Assembly: GCA_040755455.1 (NCBI GenBank)
Contig: JBFMAY010000008.1
Coordinates: 1-64,000, forward strand
DNA length: 64,000 bases
DNA from: Thermodesulfobacteriota bacterium
GTDB lineage: Bacteria > Desulfobacterota > Desulfobulbia > Desulfobulbales > SURF-16
Direction of reading: 5' to 3'
Each line of letters opens with the position of its first letter. Positions within the stretch are counted from its first letter, which is position 1. The notes beneath the pieces were generated by a model, which did no database searches, was not told the origin of the DNA, and saw only the letters and a program-made list of their open reading frames with translations. The position numbers were made by a program, and so were the translations under genes. Shown piece by piece: positions 20,467 through 27,748 of the stretch.

Positions 20467-21495
20467 GTGACTAAGAAAAAGGATAGTGCCAGCAGCGAAA
20501 ACCTGACAGGGGCTGAAAAGGCGGCGATTTTTCTCCTTACCCTGGGGGAGGATTTCACCACCGAGGTTTTCAAACGCCTTGAAGAGGATGAGATCAAAAT
20601 GGTGGGCCGGCAGATGTCCAAGATGGACAAGGTCGACAAGGAGGACATCGCTGCCCTGCTGAGAGAGTTTAAAACAGACGCCGGCGGCGGAGAGATCTAC
20701 CTTTCCGGCGATGATATGCTGGAAACCGCCCTGAAGCGGGCCCTGCAGTCGGACAAGGCCAATGAGATCCTGGATGATATCCGTTCCGACTGGCGCTTGA
20801 CCCTTTTTCAGAAGGCCCGCAAACTGGAGCCCAAGATTCTGGTCAATTTTCTGCGCAATGAGCATCCCCAGACAGTGGCCCTGGTGCTGGCCGTTCTGGA
20901 GCACACCCAGGCTGCCCAGATTCTTGCGGAGCTGAAGGAGGAAACCCAGATCGAGGTGGTGATGAGGATGGCGGAGCTTGACAAGGTCAGCCCGGAAATC
21001 CTGGTTGATGTGGACCGGGTGCTGCAGGAGGAGCTGCTTTCCGTCGAGGGTCTGGAGGGCCAGCGGCTGGGCGGGGTGGCCGCTGTGGCCGAGATCCTCA
21101 ATAATGCCGACCGGGCTCTGGAAGCCCAGGTGCTGGAAGGAATCGAAGAGCAGCGCGAAAGCCTGGCCGAAGACATCCGCCGCCTGATGTTTGTCTTTGA
21201 GGATCTGCTTGGGGTTGACGACCGGGGCATCATGGCTATCCTTAAGGAGGTCTCCACCGATGACCTGAAACTGGCCCTCAAGACCGCCTCCGAGGATCTG
21301 AAAACGAAAATTTTCAAGAATATGTCGACCAGGGCGGTGGAAATGCTCAAGGAAGACATGGAGATCATGGGGCCGACCCGGGTGAAGGATGTCGAGGCGG
21401 CGCAGCAGGCTGTCATCAAGATCGCCAAACGTCTGGAGCAGGAAGGCAAGATCCAGCTCATGAGCGGCGGCGGCGGAGAGGACGAATTTGTCTAA
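20467..21495 (+). CDS. fliG: Flagellar motor switch protein
   Basis: L.G.EKAAI.LL.LG, EHPQT.ALVL, GG..AVAEILN, MFVFEDL, NMS.RA. Confidence 0.96.
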   Translation: MTKKKDSASSENLTGAEKAAIFLLTLGEDFTTEVFKRLEEDEIKMVGRQMSKMDKVDKEDIAALLREFKTDAGGGEIYLSGDDMLETALKRALQSDKANEILDDIRSDWRLTLFQKARKLEPKILVNFLRNEHPQTVALVLAVLEHTQAAQILAELKEETQIEVVMRMAELDKVSPEILVDVDRVLQEELLSVEGLEGQRLGGVAAVAEILNNADRALEAQVLEGIEEQRESLAEDIRRLMFVFEDLLGVDDRGIMAILKEVSTDDLKLALKTASEDLKTKIFKNMSTRAVEMLKEDMEIMGPTRVKDVEAAQQAVIKIAKRLEQEGKIQLMSGGGGEDEFV

Positions 21496-22207
21496 GATTT
21501 TCGAGTTCAAGGAAAAAATCGAAAAGGAGCGGAGGCCTGATTTCATCTCCTTCGAGAGCATGATGCCAGGCCGCGGCAAGGAAGATCCGGCTGATCCGCT
21601 GCAGCAGCTGAAAAATGAACAGGAGGCCGTGCGCCGTGAAACCGAAGCCATGGTGGCCAGGGCCGAGGCGGAAAAGAAGCGCATCGAGGAAGAGGCATAC
21701 CGGAAGGGCTTTGCCAGGGGAGAGGCGGAAGGTTTGAAGGCCGGGGAAAAGGCCTTTACTGAGAAAATGAAGGAGGCGGCACGCCTCATCAGCTCCCTGG
21801 AGAATGAGCGTGACCTTGTTCATCGCCGGTATGAAAAAGAATTGCTCAGCCTGATAAAAGTCATGGTGGAACGGCTGGTGGGACACGAGGTGTCGGTGAA
21901 TCACCTGGTTATCGTTGACTGCCTGCAGCGGGCCATGAAATATGTGGTGGAGGATTCCACGGTCAAGGTGCACCTGCAGAGCGATGATCTCCAGTACATC
22001 AAGGAGATAAGCCTTGAGGATCCCTCTCTGCTCCAGGGCGCCCGGCGTATTGAACTAATCGAGGACCCGGTCGTAGCCCGGGGAGGCTGTCTGCTGCAGA
22101 CGGATTTCGGCGAAATTGACGCGACCCTGGATAACTGCCGGGAAAGGCTTTTCGCCATTGTTGAGCGGGCCTTTCTGGAAGCTCTGGCCGCGGACGGGAA
22201 AGAGTGA
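21488..22207 (+). CDS. fliH: Flagellar export protein
   Basis: AY.KGF..G...G repeats, GGC...T..GEIDAT; between fliG and fliI. Confidence 0.88.
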   Translation: MSKIFEFKEKIEKERRPDFISFESMMPGRGKEDPADPLQQLKNEQEAVRRETEAMVARAEAEKKRIEEEAYRKGFARGEAEGLKAGEKAFTEKMKEAARLISSLENERDLVHRRYEKELLSLIKVMVERLVGHEVSVNHLVIVDCLQRAMKYVVEDSTVKVHLQSDDLQYIKEISLEDPSLLQGARRIELIEDPVVARGGCLLQTDFGEIDATLDNCRERLFAIVERAFLEALAADGKE

Positions 22208-22208
22208 C

Positions 22209-23516
22209 ATGGACCTTTCAGCCTGCATGCAGCTTGCCGCGGACCAGCCGCTGATTGCCGTACGGGGCAGGGTGAACCAGGTGATCGGCATGGTCATCGA
22301 AAGCCGCGGCCCCGGCATTCCGGTGGGCAGCATCTGCGAGGTCGATGTTTTTAAAGGAACGGGCAGGATTCCCGCCGAGGTGGTCGGCTTCCGCCAAGGC
22401 AGCCTGCTGCTCATGCCGCTTGGCGAGATGCGCGGGGTTGAACCGGGCAGCGCCATCCGTCTGGTGGGGGGGCAGGCCCGGGTCAGGGTGGCCCACTCTC
22501 TGCTCGGCCGGGTGATTGACGGGCTGGGCAACCCCATGGATGGCAAAGGACCCCTGGAGGAGGGGGTTGATTACCCGCTGTATGCCGAACCGCTCAATCC
22601 CATGAAGCGGGTGCGGATCAAAGAGGTGGTGGATGTGGGGGTTCGAGCCATCAACGGTCTGCTCACCCTGGGCAAGGGACAGCGCATCGGCATTCTGGCC
22701 GGCTCCGGAGTCGGCAAAAGCACCCTGCTGGGCATGATTGCCAAGCATACCGCGGCGGATATCAGCGTCATCGCCCTCATCGGCGAGCGGGGGCGGGAGT
22801 TGAAGGATTTTATCGAACGGGATCTCGGCCCGGCAGGTCTGGCCCGTTCGGTGGTGGTGGTGGTCACCTCGGATCAGCCGCCGCTGGTCAGACTGCGGGG
22901 GGCCTATCTGGCCATGGCCATTTCGGAATTTTTCCGCGATCAGGGCCGTGATGTGATCATGATGATGGACTCGGTCACCCGCTTTGCCATGTCGAGCCGG
23001 GAGGTGGGCCTGGCCATCGGCGAGCCGCCGACCTCCCGCGGCTACACCCCTTCGGTTTTCGCCCAGCTGCCCAAGCTGCTGGAGCGGTCCGGCACCTGCG
23101 AAGGCAAGGGGAGCATCACCGGCATCTATACCGTGCTTGTTGAAGGCGATGATATGAATGAGCCCATTGCCGATGCGGTCCGCTCCATAGTTGACGGCCA
23201 TATCGTGTTAAGCAGGGAACTGGCCAGCCGGGGGCATTTCCCGGCCATTGAGGTCATGGGCAGCGTCAGCCGCTGCATGACGGACGTGGTGAGCCGGGAT
23301 CAGATGAAAGCGTCCCATAAATTTCTGGAAACCCTGGCTACTTACCGCCGGTCGGAGGATCTGATCAATATCGGCGCCTACGCGGCGGGGACCAATCCGA
23401 AGATTGACCGGTCAATCAACATGATCGATCGTCTCACCAATTATCTCCGCCAGGAGGTGGAGGAAAAGTGCACCTTTGAGGAGAGCCGGCAGCAGCTGCT
23501 GGGGCTGGTCCGGTAA
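22209..23516 (+). CDS. fliI: Flagellar export ATPase
   Basis: GQRIGI.AGSGVGKSTLL, LIGERGRE, DSVTRFA, GEPP..RGY.PS, EGDDMNEP.AD. Confidence 0.96.
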   Translation: MDLSACMQLAADQPLIAVRGRVNQVIGMVIESRGPGIPVGSICEVDVFKGTGRIPAEVVGFRQGSLLLMPLGEMRGVEPGSAIRLVGGQARVRVAHSLLGRVIDGLGNPMDGKGPLEEGVDYPLYAEPLNPMKRVRIKEVVDVGVRAINGLLTLGKGQRIGILAGSGVGKSTLLGMIAKHTAADISVIALIGERGRELKDFIERDLGPAGLARSVVVVVTSDQPPLVRLRGAYLAMAISEFFRDQGRDVIMMMDSVTRFAMSSREVGLAIGEPPTSRGYTPSVFAQLPKLLERSGTCEGKGSITGIYTVLVEGDDMNEPIADAVRSIVDGHIVLSRELASRGHFPAIEVMGSVSRCMTDVVSRDQMKASHKFLETLATYRRSEDLINIGAYAAGTNPKIDRSINMIDRLTNYLRQEVEEKCTFEESRQQLLGLVR

Positions 23517-23561
23517 CACACTGCCGCGAAAATTTAAAACCAGAAACGCGAAACAGGCAAA

Positions 23562-24008
23562 ATGGCTTTCCATTTCAGACTAGAATCAGTCCTGACGGTC
23601 AGGAAAAATATTGAAGAGCAGGTGCAGCTCAAGCTGGCCCGGGAGCAGATGATGCTGCAGAAACACCAGCTCCGCTTCGCCGAACTGCAGGACAAGAGGC
23701 GTGAGCTGTGCGAGGCCATGGAGGAGCGGAAAAAGAAGCCCATCAGCGGCAGCCTGTTCCTTTTCTACATGGAGGCCATGCGTATCCAGGAGTTGCAGCT
23801 GCGCATTCTGCAGACCACCATCGCCTCCCAGCAGCAGGTTGTTGAAAAGGTGCGTTCCGAGCTTACCGAAGCGATGAAAAAAAGAAAGATCATCGATGTG
23901 CTGCGGGAAAAGGAGCTGCAGAAATATCTGCATGAAATGCGCCGCAGAGAGCAGAATGAAAGTGACGAGCAGGCCCTGCTCCGTCATGGCCGCGGGATAC
24001 GGATATGA
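23562..24008 (+). CDS. fliJ: Flagellar export chaperone
   Basis: F.FRLE.VL..R start, coiled coil, EQ...DE end; follows fliI. Confidence 0.88.
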   Translation: MAFHFRLESVLTVRKNIEEQVQLKLAREQMMLQKHQLRFAELQDKRRELCEAMEERKKKPISGSLFLFYMEAMRIQELQLRILQTTIASQQQVVEKVRSELTEAMKKRKIIDVLREKELQKYLHEMRRREQNESDEQALLRHGRGIRI

Positions 24009-24490
24009 AGAAAAGGATAGTAACCGTAGTCATGGTCTTTTTTCTCTCCGGGGGCGGGATTTTTCTGCTCAATGCCGCTGATCTGCCGGTGACGATCAGC
24101 CCTGAGGAGATTGAAAGATCCGTTGCCCTGCAGCAGCGGGAAGAGGCCCTTGCCGCCCGGGAAAAGGAACTGGAGCAGCGGGCCAAAGAGATTGACGCCA
24201 TGAAAAAGGAGGTGGACGGCAAGCTTGAGCAGATCGCGGCCCTGCAAAAGAATGTCGAGGAAAAGCTTGCGGCCATCAAGCAGGAGCAGGATGTCAGTTT
24301 CAAGAACCTCATCAAGGTATACAGCGCCATGAGCCCCTCCAAGCTTGCCCCGCTGCTCAATCAGATGACCGATGACAATGTGGCGCAGATTCTGCGGGCC
24401 ATGAAGGCGGAGCAGGTTGCCCAGGTCATGCCCAAGCTTGACAGTGAAAAGGCGGTGCAGGTAAGCCGGCTCCTCGGGCGGTTTGAATAA
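24005..24490 (+). CDS. MotE/FlbB-like flagellar protein (signal/TM, coiled coil, MgtE_N-like)
   Basis: L.K.YSAM.P...A..L..M......IL..MK......... motif; usual position after fliJ. Confidence 0.75.
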   Translation: MKKRIVTVVMVFFLSGGGIFLLNAADLPVTISPEEIERSVALQQREEALAAREKELEQRAKEIDAMKKEVDGKLEQIAALQKNVEEKLAAIKQEQDVSFKNLIKVYSAMSPSKLAPLLNQMTDDNVAQILRAMKAEQVAQVMPKLDSEKAVQVSRLLGRFE

Positions 24491-24567
24491 TCGCTAAGAA
24501 TTGTCATCTGATCCGAACTTCCAAGTAACTTCTCCCTCGCTGGTAAGGGATTTTTCCTATCATTTTT

Positions 24568-24639
24568 GCAGGAGCGGACCATGTCCGCGATAACGGTGTT
24601 TCTGTCATGCCAGAGGTCGCAGGCATGGCCTGCTCCTAC
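24568..24639. repeat. GTAG-type REP doublet, copy 1
   Basis: GCAGGAGCGGACCATGTCCGCGA...TCGCAGGCATGGCCTGCTCCTAC; reverse complement aligns with 32873-32943. Confidence 0.8.
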
Positions 24640-24948
24640 CCGCGTGACGATTTTTTTCTGCGCGGGCAGTAAGGGTTGAATATTCATTATCCTGTCTGTC
24701 CTCTAATCACGGGTAATATCAGCAAGTTGACCAACCAGAGATGCGACAATTTACCATCTTTACAAATTAAAGATTCCATTGTAGGGGTTTGTTAGGGTAA
24801 GGGGCTGAAATCCAAGCACTCTCGCATGAGAGGGAGGCTGAGCCTTGAAGCATGGAATTTTTGGAAGGTTTCCTTATCTGGGGAGGATGAACTCTGCTTT
24901 TTCGTTAATCGGTTTTCATGGGTTAACATCAAATTTCCACAAGAAACC

Positions 24949-26421
24949 ATGATCGATATTTTCATCAGTTATGCAAGTGAGGACCGGCCACGGGCTGTCC
25001 TGATAGCGGCAGCGCTGCAGGAGAGGGGCTGGAAGGTGTTCTGGGACAGGAGGATTCCCGCCGGCAAGACATGGCGTGACTATATCGGCACCGCCCTGGA
25101 AGAGGCGCGGTGCGTTGTGGTGGTGTGGTCCGCGGCCTCGATTGCATCGACCTGGGTGCAGGAGGAGGCGGACTCAGGCCGGGAGCGCGGGGTGCTGGTG
25201 CCGGTCCTCATTGAAGCCGTCAATCCGCCGCTGGGCTTCCGGCTCATCCAGGCCCAGGACCTGACCAACTGGGATGGCGATGCCGCAGCACCAGCCTTTG
25301 CCAAGCTGGTTGACGATTTGGCCAATATGCTTGGCGTGCCGCCAGCCCCGGCGGCTGAGCAGGCAAAACGCGACGCCGGTGAAGAGAAGAAGGAAAAGAA
25401 GGCCACTGCCGTGACAGCCGAGACGGGAGTCAAAGCCGGAACAGAAAAGGCAGAGCAGAAGAAGGTTGAAGAAAGGGTGCAGCAGCCCGGGGAGGCTCCC
25501 CGCAAACCTTTGCCCGGCAAGGGACTCTGGTTCGGGGTGGGAGGAGCCCTGGCAGTTGCCGTCCTGATTGTCCTTTTCAAGGGGTTTATCTCTGCGCCTG
25601 ACTCTCACACTCCTGAAAATATCAGCCCTGCCGAGAAGACAGTTTCTCAAAGCCAATCCCCGGCCGTGGGCGTAACAACTACAGGCAGGCAAACCGATGT
25701 GACCCAGCAGCAAAGCCATACCCCTCCTAAGACGTTCACAGATTCGTTGAACGGCATGGAGTTCGTCTGGGTGGAAGGCGGCTGCTTTCAAATGGGTGAC
25801 ACCTTTGGTGATGGTGCTGCTGACGAAAAGCCGGTGCATGAGGTGTGCGTGGACGGCTTTTATATGGGGAAATACGAGGTGACCCAGGGCCAGTGGCAAA
25901 AGATCATGGGTGCAAATCCCTCCATGTTCAAATCAGGTGATGATTATCCTGTTGAAAAGGTTTCCTGGCATGATACTCAGGATTTTATCGCTAAATTAAA
26001 TGCTCAGACCGGGAAAAAGTACCGCCTGCCCACTGAGGCGGAGTGGGAGTATGCGGCCCGTTCCGGCGGCAGACAGGAGAAATACTCAGGCGGCGACGAT
26101 GTGGATAGCGTGGCCTGGTATAGGGCTAACTCCGGGGGAAAAACCCACCGGGTCGGCACCAAGAAGGCAAATGGTCTTGGTCTTTATGATATGAGCGGCA
26201 ACGTCTGGGAATGGTGCTCGGACTGGTATGGCGAAAACTATTATGCATCCAGTCCTCAAGATAACCCCCAGGGGCCGGCAACGGGCTCGGTCCGCGTGAA
26301 TCGCGGCGGCAGCTGGTACTACAGTGCCGGGTTCGTGCGCTCGGCGTTCCGTTACGGGAATGCGCCGGATGGCCGCGGCAACGTCCTGGGATTCCGGCTT
26401 GTCGTGCCCCCAGGTCAGTGA
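24949..26421 (+). CDS. TIR domain - TM - FGE-sulfatase/C-type lectin fold protein; candidate DGR target
   Basis: DIFISYASEDR...WD...V.WS..S..S.WV.EE (TIR_2); TM LWFGVGGALAVAVLIVLF; F.MG, EKP.H.V, YEVT..QW, RLPTEAEWEYAAR, N..GLYDMSGNVWEW, RGGSW, GFR (FGE fold); start set at MIDIF. Confidence 0.9.
   Translation: MIDIFISYASEDRPRAVLIAAALQERGWKVFWDRRIPAGKTWRDYIGTALEEARCVVVVWSAASIASTWVQEEADSGRERGVLVPVLIEAVNPPLGFRLIQAQDLTNWDGDAAAPAFAKLVDDLANMLGVPPAPAAEQAKRDAGEEKKEKKATAVTAETGVKAGTEKAEQKKVEERVQQPGEAPRKPLPGKGLWFGVGGALAVAVLIVLFKGFISAPDSHTPENISPAEKTVSQSQSPAVGVTTTGRQTDVTQQQSHTPPKTFTDSLNGMEFVWVEGGCFQMGDTFGDGAADEKPVHEVCVDGFYMGKYEVTQGQWQKIMGANPSMFKSGDDYPVEKVSWHDTQDFIAKLNAQTGKKYRLPTEAEWEYAARSGGRQEKYSGGDDVDSVAWYRANSGGKTHRVGTKKANGLGLYDMSGNVWEWCSDWYGENYYASSPQDNPQGPATGSVRVNRGGSWYYSAGFVRSAFRYGNAPDGRGNVLGFRLVVPPGQ
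26284..26400 (+). other. Candidate DGR variable repeat (VR)
   Basis: Codons at the variable positions are mostly NNC/NNT (GTC, TAC, TAC, AGT, TTC, TTC, TAC, GGC, GGC, AAC, GTC) in an A-poor constant scaffold. Confidence 0.65.
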
Positions 26422-26445
26422 GCCAGGCCGGGAGCGGAGCACGGA

Positions 26446-26507
26446 GACGAAGCGGCCCAGACTGCATGACCGTCGCGGAGCAGGTCTGCGGGCTGGGCAG
26501 CTTCGTC
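26446..26507. other. Long GC-rich hairpin 25 bp downstream of the TIR-FGE stop
   Basis: GACGAAGCGGCCCAG pairs with CTGGGCAGCTTCGTC (one mismatch); inner GACC/GGTC stem. Confidence 0.75.
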
Positions 26508-26563
26508 AAAAAGTGTAACGGGAATAGTCTGAACCCAGGAAAATTTTGTCGGATCACAGGCAG

Positions 26564-27181
26564 TCACGGCTCAATGACCTTGCCGGCCGTGAGGAAAACA
26601 GCCGAGAAGAGAATGAGCGCAACCAGATAGATGCCGGCATAAAGATGCGCCTCCCGCCAGAATAAGACAAAGCAGGGCAGAAAGAACATAATAACAAACA
26701 GGCCGCGAAACGATAAGACCAGCCGGCCGTGTTTCTCCCCATAATAGCGCTGCCAGTTTGCCGCCAGGCGAAAGGTATCTGTTGTCGTTTGATCGAGTTT
26801 TGTTCGCAGCACCTCTTCATAGGCAGGAAGCTGGCCGAGAAAATAATTGGCCATGGAGAACTTGAGGAGGTTCCAGATGCCGATGATGGCGGCAATGGCC
26901 AGCACGCCGATAAAGCCAAAGAGCAGTGCGATACTGACGTAGTCATAGACTTCGGTGCCCTTGACCAATGCCTGCTGCATGACGCCGGTTTGCTCTGCCT
27001 GGGGATTGGGGCTTGCCTTGAACAACATGCCGACCCCGCTGAGAAGCGAGGTGAAAAAGACGCCCACCGAGCCGAGCAGCCGAAGATCCTCATAGGAATT
27101 CTTGGTATAGTTGTCACAGATTCCGCACAGGCGAACATACTCCTTATAGACGTAATCCAAAGAATCCGGTTTGTTTTCCAT
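26564..27181 (-). CDS. Hypothetical membrane protein with about 4 TM segments
   Basis: 205-aa ORF from MENKPDS with four hydrophobic segments; convergent with the TIR-FGE gene. Confidence 0.7.
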   Translation of the reverse strand: MENKPDSLDYVYKEYVRLCGICDNYTKNSYEDLRLLGSVGVFFTSLLSGVGMLFKASPNPQAEQTGVMQQALVKGTEVYDYVSIALLFGFIGVLAIAAIIGIWNLLKFSMANYFLGQLPAYEEVLRTKLDQTTTDTFRLAANWQRYYGEKHGRLVLSFRGLFVIMFFLPCFVLFWREAHLYAGIYLVALILFSAVFLTAGKVIEP

Positions 27182-27688
27182 TACTCGGTTTCCCCTAAGA
27201 GTCATTGCGGCTGGAAATAGCCAGTGAAAACTATACATGGTCATCATGGGCAGCCTGATGCGTGCAAATTTAATGTAATTTTTCCTAACAGGCACCAAAA
27301 AAGAAAAGGGGTCAGATCTGTCTTTGACTTTTGTGATACAAGGAAAAGATACACTCTGGCAACCATTTGACGGTCGCGCAATCCTGAAAGCCAGCGCCTG
27401 AGCCTCTCCAGCCATACGTACAATTCACTACTGAAGATCTTTGCCGCCTCCTTTGCCGGTCGGTTGCTGGCGATACGTGTCCCTTCCGCCGCCCTTCCTG
27501 TCGTCCTTCCCCTGCTCCGGCAGTCTGTCTGGGGAAATTCTTTCCTACTTCCCTGGGGATTCTGGACAGAATATCCCCGCCCCGCTTTTGCCATGGCTGA
27601 TTCCCGCTCCGGGCTCATCCCGCTAACAAGCTGAAATAATATCTTTTTCAATAAAAACATTTTTCCCTCGGTGGATGGCTCAGGCTGT

Positions 27689-27704
27689 TGGCACTGCTGT
27701 TGCA
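27689..27704 (+). promoter_or_regulatory. Sigma54 -24/-12 promoter for fliK-flgD-flgE
   Basis: TGGCACTGCTGTTGCA, a near-consensus TGGCAC-N5-TTGCW, 45 bp upstream of the fliK ATG; RBS GAGGAGG. Confidence 0.88.
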
Positions 27705-27748
27705 TTTATGGGACTGCAAGAAAAAAATCAGCAAGAGGAGGTCGATGC

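Noticed and set aside
20131..21789. 552-aa minus-strand ORF (also 12755-13930, 14070-15431, 49788-51131, 61464-62456, 62699-63688)
   Set aside because: Antisense shadows of well-supported genes in GC-rich DNA, with no recognisable motifs
18865..24008. Non-flagellar type III injectisome
   Set aside because: flgB, flgC, fliE, fliG, fliK, flgD and flgE show the system is flagellar
24780..24860. c-di-GMP or c-di-AMP riboswitch upstream of the TIR gene
   Set aside because: A small CTCTC/GAGAG hairpin exists, but the conserved aptamer motifs are not matched
24949..26421. Active formylglycine-generating enzyme
   Set aside because: The catalytic Cys pair after RGGS is absent (RGGSWYYSAGFVR); the fold is more likely a binding scaffold
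24491..27748. Complete DGR cassette (RT, Avd, template repeat)
   Set aside because: I found no RT motifs and no second AAC-rich copy of the VR here or in the other intergenic regions; only a target can be proposed
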